Source: Octopus sinensis (Eukaryota). Taken from it: a stretch of 32,256 bases of DNA. The notes under the pieces were generated by a model, which worked only from the letters and a program-made list of their open reading frames with translations, was not told where the DNA came from and searched no databases. This document shows positions 20,923-32,256 of the stretch, in pieces. The stretch's first letter is position 1; each line of letters starts with the position of its first letter. A program made the position numbers and the translations under genes. The stretch spans positions 1 through 32,256 of the forward strand of contig NW_021829607.1 in assembly GCF_006345805.1 (NCBI RefSeq), read 5' to 3'.

Positions 20923-21511
20923 TGTATGTATGTATGCATATATGTATGCATGCTTGCATGTATATATGTATGTATGTATTATCTATGTATTATGTAAGTA
21001 TGCGTGTATATATATGTATGCGTGTACATATAGGCCTGTACTCTCTCTCACTCACACACACTCACACGTATATACACACATTTACATATATATACATACA
21101 CGTATGTGTTATATGTATATGTAAATATGTTTTTCAGAGAAAGACAGTCAGACTGATGAACGTATGTGCATGGGTAGTGTATGTATCGGTTTGTATGCAA
21201 ATGTGTTCATTAATATATGTACGCTTAGTTGTGTGAATATGGCGGGGAGTATGTGTACGCGTGTGGCTAGGGTGTGTTCTAATATCATAGTATATATATG
21301 ATTGTATGTTGTCTGTAGTTTGAATGTAGATAGTTCATGTAAATATATATATATATATCTAATGAGGATAAAATTTCTTTCGAAAAAAATATTTTTTCCA
21401 AACAAAAAAATTATCAATGGCCAGCATATTAAAAAATACCTTAAACGGTTAAATTTATAAACAGTTCATAAATGAGGGCAAAGGAAAAAATTTCTAATGC
21501 CAAATATGCCG

Positions 21512-21560
<49 letters not shown>

Positions 21561-23522
21561 TGTAGCTGGCCTTTTGCCAACATTTGAAGCCAGTATATTT
21601 ACGGTATGACACTCATAACACCAAACATATTCTTCTTACTTGTATTTCTTTCGCTCGTCTTCTAGCAAACACACTTAAGGTTATAACTATTAATATAAAT
21701 AAAACTTAAATTACAAAAACGGTTGAGTAATGGACGCTACCGTTTGTGATCGTGTCCCAAAGGTGTCCATTTTACCGCTGACCCTTTGGCATTCAATTAA
21801 AATAAAACAGACATAGCACCGGGGAGAGTTGATCGTATGTGCCCTGATTACAAAAATCGAATCATTATGTTGTCGTCATACATTACCATTTCTACCACAA
21901 CTAAGACCACCAACACCATCGATGTCATCATTATCATCGTCACCAGCATCATCTTGATAGTTCTGACGATTATGTTTTTGTTACGTTTTATCATTGATCT
22001 AATATAATTAAGTCATTCATTAATGCTATTGCATCTGCTGTATTGTGAAGAAGACTAATTCATGTGTTCTATATAATGTGTGTTCACCTGATTTCTCATA
22101 GTCTACTTTGTATAGGCTCCACTGGCCGTTTACTTTCCATTTGTTGGTCGATTTTAGTAATTTTTGTTATTCATTAAAGGTTTCTGCAAATTTTATCATA
22201 AGATATTGATAAATGCCATTCTAATTGGACATCGCATCCGATCTTCGTGTCCTCAGAATCACATATCGTGCTATAGAATGACTGAATGAACGATGTGAAT
22301 ATTTTGCTTTTTCTTTTCTTTATTTATTTATGCATTTATTTATGCATTTGTTTATTTTTATTTATTTGTATGTTTTTGTGTGTGTTCAATATCAAAACCT
22401 GCAATCAAAATTTTCGCCGCTTTTGTTGCGCGTGCCTTTACTTCAAAAGTAAAAAGTCCTGGTGTTAGTTTAATGGAATGAATGCATTGGCACTGCTTTT
22501 CTTCGAGTTATCAAAGACGAATCACAGTTTATAAGCGTCCATGCGTTCATCAGCGGGAATTAAAAACTTAATCAACTTCTAATTGACAATAATCGTTTGA
22601 AGGGCTTTTTATTTAAGCAATCGGTTTAATCGTAGCTGGACTTTTAAAAGTTTTGGCAGTAAATACGCTGGCCATTACCAACTGGTCATAATGGCAGTTA
22701 TGGTATAGTGGTCAGTTAATAGATAGGGCGGGAGAAAGGTAGGGAGACAGGCAGGGAGGTAGGTAAGAAAGATAGGTAGGTAGGTAGGTAGGTGGTTAGG
22801 TAGATGGGTTGCTGATAGCATTTCAACGACGATAGGAAAGTAGTGGTCAGTGATGGGTTAGTTGGTGGTGTGGATTGGTCAGTTGGAGGGGGGGGTATGC
22901 GTCTGATAGGAAACGAAGTTTCGTTTATGTTTGGAGGATAATGATGACGTGGAGATGTGTATGTAGAAATATATACGTGTGTGTGTATGTCTGATTATGT
23001 GCGTTTGTGTTGGTATACGTGTAGGGTTGCTGGTGTATGTCTATGTGGGTGCATGTAATGTAATGAGGGAAAGGTGGGGAAATCGATGCAAGTAGTCGGA
23101 AGGGAGGTGCACGCGTGGAAGGAGGGTAAAAAGATAAAAGTAAAATCGTTTAACAACGAAGCGGTGCAAAGTTCCACGAGGTGTGCCATTCAAAGCGAGA
23201 AAATCAATTAATTTCTCTCCATTATATCTTAATAGACTGATTATCGACATTAATCCGCACGCTTCGGACCTTCTTTCATTTGATGCGTCCAAAGCAGTGA
23301 AGCAGCGAAGTGGTTGACCACCTCTATTTACTTTTCCTGCTGGTCAAGGAAGTTATAACGAGAGACGCGTTCCAGTCTCGCCATGCCAACACTCTCATTA
23401 CAAAAGGACATGTAACTCAAGCTAACGTTGAATTCCAATTTATGAGCATGCCATTTCTCCTCCCTTCATCAACCACCCCAGTACATCACCACCACAACAC
23501 TCCACAGTCTCATACTCTTTTC

Positions 23523-23564
<42 letters not shown>

Positions 23565-24647
23565 AACCCTCTCTCTATCTCTTCCTCTCTTGAGATACAG
23601 ACATATATATGTATATATATATATGTATGTGTGTGTGTGTGTATACACTCACACACATATGCACATACGCATATATATGTATGTATATGTATAAAGATAT
23701 ATATATATATATGCATACATACGTACATACATACATATATACATACATATATTTAACTGTCTGATACACTATGATTTTGTAATTCGCTCTCATACTATTC
23801 GTTTATCTATCTATTACATTCAATGTATATAACCATCTATGCATCGGTATACATATATAAACACATATATATGCACATGCATACCTACGTATATACGTAC
23901 GTAAGTACGTACATACATACATACATACATACATACATACATACATACATCTCATTGTTCAACGATGTCCGGCAATAAAATTTGAGCTTTCGCTATGGAA
24001 ACTTCTCGGTTTGCGTGTTTGTGTGGGTGTGTGGGTGTATATACATTCATACGTATGTATGTATGTATGTATGTACATATATATATATATATTTATACAA
24101 ATGTAGATATACATATATATGTACACGTACGAATAAATATCCATGTGTGTACATATGTATATATATATAGATATATATATGCACACACATCTTACATTAG
24201 AGATGTAAATACAAAGGTTTTAAGGTTTGTGTGCGTGTGTGTTAGTATATGTTTCATTGATTAATAATACGTAATCTTATAAAATAGTCTATTATTTGTT
24301 CGCGCACATTCACTATATGCTAACTAGTTTAGTTAGATATATGTATACGTACATAATACATAGATGCATGCACTTGCACACGTTCTCTTTCACACAAACA
24401 CACATATACGCGTATATATATATATATATATAACGTATCCGTGTAAGTGTGTATTCGTTTGAGTATCCGTATCCAGTGCAGCATTCTGTGTTTGTATATA
24501 TGTACTGATTATGTGTGTATGTTTACGAATAAATACGCGCGTTTTAGCATGCCTATTTCTCAGCATTCTCTCTACATATGTGCGGAAGCACGTCTGTATA
24601 TGTCTAATTCTTGTGTATATATATTATTCATTAGCAGCTTCATCCAG

Positions 24648-24696
<49 letters not shown>

Positions 24697-24764
24697 AATA
24701 TATTTAAGTATGTGTATCTGTTTGTATGTGTATGTGTGTGTACATACATATGCATATATATATA

Positions 24765-24815
<51 letters not shown>

Positions 24816-24820
24816 ATATA

Positions 24821-26130
24821 CTAGTCATTTCGTTCTCGTCGACGCCCAGAGTCACCTCGAGAATATAGTCGTTTCTCCCCGCCACTAATCCTCTATAAAT
24901 TTCTAAAGCAGAAAATCCACCGATCCCATTGGCCGACTGGCAGAGGGCTGCGAGCGCCTGACCACATTCCAGGTGCCAGGCGCCCATTCTCGGTGTTTTC
25001 TTCACCGAGGACTCTACCTCCGTCAAGGAAATGAGCTGCGGAAGAAGTGCCTCACAAACGGAGCCCACACAAGCTCAGCGTCCAGAAATCGTTGCAGGTC
25101 GCGTCGTAACCTAAGAACGTGCCTGCGCATTAGGAGCCACGGCATACCTAATCTGCCACTCACAAAATGCTGGCAACGACTGAACATTGGAATGCGTCCA
25201 GCCTGTGCATTGCAGCGATCAATCCTCTGAAAACGGATCCGAAACCGCCTGCTTTGAGGACGGCTTCTAAACAGTGATGGTCGACCCTATCGAATGCTTT
25301 CAATTGATCCAAATTGATCAGAGCAGCCCCGACGCCAGCTATGGTGCCAGCCCTATCCATGATGTATCGCGTAAGGTAGAGGTTGTCGTGGATAGACTTG
25401 CTCGGGATTGCAAACGTTTGCGCTTCTCTGACCAGGCTACCGATGTTAGGTACAAGCCTTTTCACTAACACCTTGGCCAAAATCTTAAACTCTGTGTTTA
25501 GCAGAGCTACGAACCGAGAATTGTCTAGTATGTCCCCATTGCAGGTGGCTTTCCTCAGTAGTGTCACCATACCTCTTCTAACAGCACTAAGCATTCTCCC
25601 GTTCCGTTGCCACTTGCGGAAGTCTGCCAAGAGGTGGCCAAATAAATCTGGCATGTATACACAGAATTCATAGAGCAGACCATCCATATCCGGAGATCTG
25701 CGTCTTGTGCAATCACTAGTCGCTTCCCAAATTTCAGCGGTTATTATCGGCCTTTCACATAACCTCACGTAAGCTACCGAAGCGAATATAGATCTTCGAC
25801 CACAGCGCATGCAACCAACCACCAAATATCTAACTCCTGTGGCACATCTGTTATTATAACTTCTACCACCCACCGTCCAAGGAAGGAGAAGATCCTCGTA
25901 TTTGCACTGGACCATTGAGTGTTTCCGGGCCAGTGCCTCCGTGAGGATCCTCACTTCCACAGAAGTGTGAGGAAATCAATATCAATCCAAATGCTCTTCA
26001 AGCATTTTTGTACTTGGATGTGTGACGCATTGATAATTTTCCTCGTCTTTAGCGGCACACATATGTATACGATGGTCTTTCTGGCCGTCTTCTCCATCAA
26101 ATCTGATGGGATAGCAAGCTTGGTTTTCTT
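24821..26130 (-). mobile_element. Tx1/L1-superfamily LINE relic made of three joined segments (ORF1-like N-terminus, RT domain part, post-RT region)
   Basis: RT motifs PIITAEI..SPDMDGLLYEF..LLNTEFKILAKVLVKRL..SIHDNL..ALINLDQLKAFDRVDH (~25230-25780); downstream CQH..GRLGMPWLLMRRH..YRGLV (24821-~25225); upstream ORF1-like VEVRILTEALARKHS..ITDVPQELDIWWLVA (~25800-26100, assignment inferred). Confidence 0.85.
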
Positions 26131-26624
26131 ATCTCCTCAATTGAGGAGTATTTCTGTTTCACTCTGATCCGCAAGTGTTCATTTCAGGGAGAATTGCTCC
26201 TGCAATTATGTTACTCCTGCAAAGGAGTTATTTCTATCTTAGCTATTATTGTTGGTGTTGAATGTAACAATTTTGCTGCTGATATTGTTCCTGTCGTTGT
26301 TATTGTTAGTCGGAGTCAAAGCGACACTATTGTTTGTGGTGATATTCATATTGTTGACCGAAGTAGCCAAGCTACTTGCTAACGGGGAAAATCATTTATA
26401 TTGTAGATGTACTCCCGTCAAAGCTTTAGTGTGGTCTGAGTTATTGTCACTGTCGTTTGTGATTGGGATGGTTTCGCCTGCTTACTTGTCTAGTAAGTCA
26501 CGCCAACAAGTGAAGGTCTGTCACTCTCTCTCATTTTTTTCGTCTCATCGACGACTGAAATTCCCTCGAAACATTCTGTTGCTGCCATTGAGCAAAAATG
26601 CAAAAAATTTTTCCCCCGTAGTAT

Positions 26625-27156
26625 AAAAATGTCACTATCCTCTGGGATTTTCCACTCAACACCAGACTAATAGAACAGACATATTTATTAAAGACAAGGG
26701 AAGAAAATATGTGTTGACTAATAGATGTAAATGTTCCCACTGATACAAATATATGTAAAGAAATTTGACAAATTAAGTAAAATATAAGGACCAGGAAATT
26801 GAAATACAAAAGATGAGGCATCTTAAAGCAAGATCTGTTCCTGTTATTGTAGGCACCCTAGGTATGATTAAAAAACAAAAATGGATGTTAGAAGCATCTA
26901 GATAACATCCTAGGAGAACTATGTCTCAGACAAATGCAAACGATTGTGTAGACAATTACTGTCCATATCTTTAGGAAAACTCTATCAATTTAAATGTCTG
27001 TGTTGTATTTGCACCTGCCACTTCCCCTCCCCAAGCTTTCAGTCATACTGTAACATCTCTTAGCCTTCACTCGCTCTAGGAACCTGGGTGTGTTTCGGCA
27101 AGTGATTGTAACAAACATGCAGATTCAAAGCAAATAATAATAATAATAATAATAAT
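26625..27156 (+). mobile_element. 5'-truncated RLE-type LINE (R4/Dong-like) 3' end with (TAA)n tail; a different family from 19991-20922
   Basis: Frameshifted NVTILWDFP...LIDVNVPTDTNI...DKLSK/YKDQEIEIQKMRHLKARSVPVIVGTLGMIKK...HIFRKTLSI*, then a 3' UTR and (AAT)n at ~27133-27156. Confidence 0.85.
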
Positions 27157-27362
27157 CCTTTCTAATATAGGCACTAGGCCTGAAATTTGGGGAGGGGATA
27201 GTCGATTACATCGACCCCAGTGTTTCAATGGTAATTAATTTATCGCACCCAAAAGGATGAAAGGTAAAGTCGACCACGGTAGAATATGAACTCAGAGGGT
27301 AAAGACGGACGAAATACCGCTAAGCATTTTGTCCGGCGCACAATCGATTCTGTCAGCTCGCC
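27157..27362 (-). mobile_element. tRNA-derived SINE, family A
   Basis: Minus strand GGCGAGCTGACAGAATCG...GAGTTCATATTC...gtcgactttacctttcatccttttgggtgcgataaatt...caggcctagtgcctatattagaaagg followed by an (ATT)n tail. Confidence 0.88.
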
Positions 27363-27375
27363 ATAATCAACAACA

Positions 27376-27376
27376 A

Positions 27377-27473
<97 letters not shown>

Positions 27474-27523
27474 ACATCATCAACACCATCATCATCATTC
27501 TTGTTGTTGTTGTTGTTATTATT
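27376..27523. repeat. Compound (ATT)n(ATC)n(GTT)n microsatellite
   Basis: Read directly. Confidence 0.95.
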
Positions 27524-27649
27524 ATCCTTTAATTGCTTCATTTTCGATAAATTTGATGAAATTTCATCACTGCTTATTTTTCTATGTATGTGCATTTTAT
27601 GCATATGTATTTTTCTGTGTCTACACAATTACACGCATACACACACACA

Positions 27650-27695
<46 letters not shown>

Positions 27696-28310
27696 ATGTC
27701 ATCTCCGCCTCTGTTAGAGACAGCTTAAATGACATCAATTAAATAAAACACCCCAAAGCACCACCAGACCCCACCAGCGTTTTCCGAGGCCCCGCCTGCC
27801 GTAATAGATTCCATGTGCTGGTGTCACACTTCAGTCTGTTATGGCTGCCAATATTTCATTCATGCAATATTGCAATATACAGCATAAATATATACAAAAA
27901 TAATCAAATTAAAATGAAAAGAAAGAAACTATAATCGAAAAAATTGAAGAAATAAATATGGAAAATGTTTTAAAAAATGCAAATTACAATTTTGCTATTT
28001 TTTATATTTATATATTTGTATGTGTATTTCTTTTTCAGTCTACTTTATTATTATTTTTTTTCATCTCTTTGTGTTTAGAAGTCATTAATCTTCACTGCCA
28101 CTTTTGCACATAATCATTATTAAAGTGGTGGCAGGGTCAAAGCAAACAACAACAGAAATAAAACAATATCAGATTAATAATGACATTATTAAAATAAAAC
28201 GAAGAACAAAATGAGAGTATTAAAAATAATTATTTTTATTATATTTTCATCATCACCATCATCATTATCATAATCATCATCATCATCGTCATTTCTAATT
28301 AAGAAAATAA

Positions 28311-28422
28311 TTTGAGGGAAGTGTTGTTTGATTGAATCAACCTCAGTACTTGACTGGAAATTTATATTATCGACCCTAGAATAATAAAAGGACACGTCTG
28401 ACCTTTTTACAGGATCCGAAAT
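28311..28422 (-). mobile_element. Degenerate SINE family A fragment
   Basis: atcaacctcagtacttgactgg...ttatcgacc-tagaa..ataaaagg parallels atcgaccccagtg...ttatcgaccc.aaaggatgaaagg of the family A copies. Confidence 0.45.
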
Positions 28423-28537
28423 CCATCCATGCATACATACATATATACATGCATACATATAAATTTATGTACATGTATATGTTTATACACACACATACAC
28501 ACACACATATCAATAAATGTAAACATATGTAGATGAT

Positions 28538-28587
<50 letters not shown>

Positions 28588-28673
28588 TGTGTGCGTGTGC
28601 GTGTGTGTGTGTATACGTTTGTTCATATATCCATATATATTCACACAGGAATCTGGAAAGTTCTTTCACAGAA

Positions 28674-28713
<40 letters not shown>

Positions 28714-28815
28714 ATGTGTGTATGTATGTATGTGTATATATACATATATATGTATGTATATATTATATATATATATATATGTATATACATATGTATATAT
28801 GTATGTATAAGTATA

Positions 28816-28960
<145 letters not shown>

Positions 28961-29439
28961 ATAAACTTTTACGGGTGTTACTTGTAAACGTTAAGATGCT
29001 CCTTTGTCTGTCAGAAAGCTTTCAGAAAGCTTTCATAATTTCCTAGATAAGTCGTGCGCATTGTGTCTCTCATATAAGGTGGTTAGATTGGTAGCTATCG
29101 ATTTGAATAGGTAACTGTCTAATATGGTTTGCCTTTGACTACTGAATTCCACTGGATACGATTGCTTCTGTTTAGTAATGTAAATGATAACTGGGGACGG
29201 ATTTTTTTGTGTCCGAAAATAGCATCTCTTGCTGTGCGTCGAGGCTCCACTGTTCACCGTTTAGAGTAATTGAAAATGTTGATGCAGATATAAGTTCATA
29301 TGTATGAAATATATATGAAGTTAATAACTTTCAATTAGTTTCGTTGTTGGAGATTGCAAAATAGATTAGATCTCGTATAAATGAAAGACGTGCGCTGTTA
29401 CTATGTTAGGTAAAAGTTTATGGAGTAGCTAAAATTAAG

Positions 29440-29496
29440 TTCACTCTCAGTGTAAGTTTGCCTAGTGTGCATGTACTGGGTAAACTTACATGTGAA
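29440..29496 (+). ncRNA. Candidate RNA hairpin (short miRNA-like stem), unverified
   Basis: 29451-29490 folds on the + strand using only Watson-Crick and G-U pairs; outer ttcac/gtgaa extension across a bulge. Confidence 0.2.
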
Positions 29497-29933
29497 GTTG
29501 CCTGACCTAGTGATAAGTGCTCGCGATCGTAATGTTGTGCTTTCGATATTGGACAGGGCGTTGCGTTGCATTCATGAGCCAGGCATTTGATTTTACGTTG
29601 ATTCTGTCCACTCAGCGGAAACTAAGCACCAATAACAGCTAGAGGGGCTAATTCTTTGACAGCAAAGCATCTTTATCAGGGAAATGTCCTGTTCTCACAA
29701 TACTTTATAACACAAGGAAACCAATATGAGGGCAGGTGTAAGACTCGAGATAGATTTATTAACAGCTATTAGGCAACCGTGACTGCCTCATTAATAAGTC
29801 ATAGAATTTGAATTCAGAATGTAAAGTGCTGGAACAGTCTGACCTTTATGTAACATGGCTAATCTATCGCCTTGGAATAGTACATTATTTATCTACCCCG
29901 AAATATTGATAAGCAATGTTGGAGGAGCTAAAC

Positions 29934-30400
29934 AATGTGGACCACACCCCACTTATGTTTTTTTTTTTTTCGTTTTTACAGAATCCCCCATTTTCGACTA
30001 CGGAGATTCTGATTCTGCAAAAAAAAACAAAAAAAACATTTTAAAATTTAAATTTCACCCCCACCATAATAGTTAGTTTTAGGGTCAGGGTTAGGGTTAC
30101 TTTTAGAGTAAGCTTTCTGGTTAGGGTTAGTTTTAGAGTTAGTGTTAAGGTTAGTTTTAAGGTTAGTGTTAGGGTTAGGGTATGGTTTTTATATATCTTT
30201 TTTAAATTGAAATTTTACAAAATACGTATTTCGCAAAAAAAAAAATTCTGAAAAAATTAAAAGTGAAGAATTAGGTGGCAGGGAATTAAAATTTTTAAAT
30301 GCCGTTTTTTGGGGGTTTTTTTGTTCTTTTTTTGCAGAATCAGAATCTCTGTATTCGAAAATGGGGGATTCTGCGAAAAAAAAGTGGGACGGTCCACATT
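29934..30400. mobile_element. MITE-like element with ~130-bp inverted arms enclosing a telomere-like array
   Basis: aatgtggacc...cagaatcccccattttcgactacggagattctgattctgcaaaaaaa versus tttttttgcagaatcagaatctctgtattcgaaaatgggggattctg...ggtccacatt; weaker similarity may extend to ~29914/30422. Confidence 0.85.
30073..30180 (+). repeat. Phased hexamer array of TTAGGG and variants (18 units, 5 exact TTAGGG)
   Basis: ttagtt ttaggg tcaggg ttaggg ttactt ttagag taagct ttctgg ttaggg ttagtt ttagag ttagtg ttaagg ttagtt ttaagg ttagtg ttaggg ttaggg. Confidence 0.9.
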
Positions 30401-30789
30401 CCTTACATCCGCCGCAACATTGGATGGATTTGAACTAAAAGCGAAGGTAGTCGGAACAAATAAGTGCCCTTCAAACATCTGGATTGATTGAAACGCCCTC
30501 CGCCTTTGAATTGCAGGTCTTGTTCTTATAAAAGGAAGCTTGATAACACCAATAAGAAAGCACCCATGAACTGAGCATCAGTACCAGGAACAGCAGCAAT
30601 GCAATTGACAAAAGCAGCAGCAGCTATGATTTCACCGCAATTTATTATCTGTGGAGTGTATGGCGAAGAAACAGATGGCGTAGCTTTATTACATTAGTTT
30701 CAAATATAAAATATCTCCAGTGATTTATGCCCCGAGGATAATTAACAGGACGATTTCCCACCGCTACCATTTATATTTCAAGTCACTTC

Positions 30790-30809
30790 ACACCACTACC
30801 ACTAACACC

Positions 30810-30841
<32 letters not shown>

Positions 30842-30978
30842 GGCTACTGCTTCTGCTCACACAACCACTAACACCACCATTTCAGTCACCATCCGGCGAC
30901 GATACATCAGCAGCATCACTATCGCAATAATATAATAACGATATCATTATTATTGCTAAATTAGAAATATCTATTGTC

Positions 30979-31010
<32 letters not shown>

Positions 31011-31190
31011 CATCATTATCATTAATATCACCTACTTCATTATTAACCTCATGATCATAATGATACTCATCAAATTTATAACGCTCCTCCTCCAACACTT
31101 CCACCACCTCCATATCACCATCACCATCAACTCTTACGTTAACTCCTTCTTCTTCTTCTTCTTCTTCTCATCCCTTTTTATTCTTCTTCC
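30790..31190. repeat. Degenerate CAC/AAC/CAT/CTT triplet tracts
   Basis: Read directly. Confidence 0.85.
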
Positions 31191-31792
31191 TCGAATTTTT
31201 GATAAATGACATAATTGTCATACCTATCAACATTATATTGTACGTCTTGTCTTAGAAAATAATACATAGATTGTATTTTAAAAATCATTTTTTACCACAC
31301 GCATACATACACGCACATTTATACATATTTCTATGTATACATTTATATCTATATATAAATAGAGAAATATATACATATATATATATATATATATATTATA
31401 TATACATATATATTATATATATATATATATCTATTATATATATATATATAAATATATGTGTGTGTGGTGTATATATGTATATATATAAATAATATATATG
31501 TATGTATACATAAATATTTATACATACACACACATGTATATAAATATGTGTGTGTGTGTGTGTATGTATATGCGTGCGTATGTATGAGTATATATATGTA
31601 TATAGTGTTTGAAGTTGTGTACGGATATTGTATATTAAGAAAAAGGTGGCAGTCAGAATTTTGTATAATTCTTTATTAGCGCTTTCGTTCGTTTAACCGA
31701 ATTCTTCAAGAAAAATTTTAACTAAGATTGATTTCAATTTATACATATGTGTGTGTGAGCATATATATGTACATATTCGTGTGTGTGTATAT

Positions 31793-31827
<35 letters not shown>

Positions 31828-32256
31828 CTAGCTGAAACAACCGGCTCTGCTCGAATTAATGACTCAGTGAATTAAAACTAAGATCATAAAGCTCTTTAAC
31901 TTATTGTAAATCTTTTCGAAAAAAATCACTCAGTGAAGCATCGGGCGAAGAACACTTTGCAGATCTTTTTATTTGTTTTATATTAAGAATATTATTTGTT
32001 TTATATTAAGAATATATTCAAATTCCAAACATAGGCAATTCAGTTCGCTAAAAATGTGTACATAAATTTAAATCTTTGGAATCCCTTTTAGTTTTTGCTT
32101 AAATGTAATCCTTGCCCTAATTCCAAATTGTAATCCTAAGTGCTATCACGAAACCTTAATGTTAAACAGTACTCCTCAGCGGAGGGAGAAAGAGCGTGAT
32201 ATGAAAGATATGTGTCAGTGTGTGTCTATGTGTGTAGAGAGAGAGGGGAAGAGAGG
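31828..32256 (-). mobile_element. Probable non-autonomous Helitron 3' end (5' end not seen, may lie beyond the window)
   Basis: Minus strand ...ttcgagcagagccggttgtttcagCTAG|T abutting (TA)n, same architecture as the 3' end at 17927; internal 23-bp tandem duplication at 31970-32015. Confidence 0.55.

Noticed and set aside
22480-23460. Complex non-repetitive stretches with TAAT/TTTAT words (also 30430-30780) as developmental enhancers
   Set aside because: These words are common in AT-rich DNA; no support without cross-species conservation data.
24815-24830. ata-CTAG next to a TA array as a third Helitron 3' end
   Set aside because: No subterminal hairpin; the bases are the coding continuation (..EMTS) of the Tx1-like fragment.
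25160-25960. 266-aa ORF as an intact reverse transcriptase gene
   Set aside because: It is a chance in-frame fusion across a deletion in a decayed LINE; it stops before the catalytic YADD-type motif and lacks the endonuclease.
29011-29035. 11-bp tandem duplication tcagaaagctt containing a small palindrome (similar short duplications at ~846-885 and 31970-32015)
   Set aside because: Ordinary slippage-type micro-duplications with no further structure.
30073-30180. TTAGGG array as a true telomere or chromosome-fusion scar
   Set aside because: Short, mostly variant units, single orientation, and enclosed by the inverted arms of a mobile element.

Overview
AT-rich, microsatellite-saturated eukaryotic (animal) non-coding DNA. 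The SINE sequences and repeat load look like an Octopus/coleoid cephalopod genome (inference from pattern recognition, not a database match). No intact protein-coding gene, rRNA, genuine tRNA or CRISPR array is recognisable, and most ORFs in the supplied track are microsatellite artefacts. Supported features: a full-length but inactivated Tc1 (DD34E) transposon with ~225-bp IR/DR-type inverted repeats (5292-6887); two restriction-like-endonuclease LINE 3' ends (R4/Dong-like); an internally deleted Tx1/L1-type LINE relic; an RTE LINE fragment; two tRNA-derived SINE families (4 copies each); one complete and one partial non-autonomous Helitron; and several fold-back/MITE elements. The most interesting unexplained signals are three short TA-embedded elements carrying a minimal hammerhead-ribozyme-like motif with a non-canonical core, a perfect spacer-less 132-bp palindrome, a MITE enclosing a phased TTAGGG-like array, a cryptic ~29-bp periodic array, a G-U-rich 40-nt hairpin and a YY1/Pho-like motif cluster. 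None can be called a new biological system from sequence alone.
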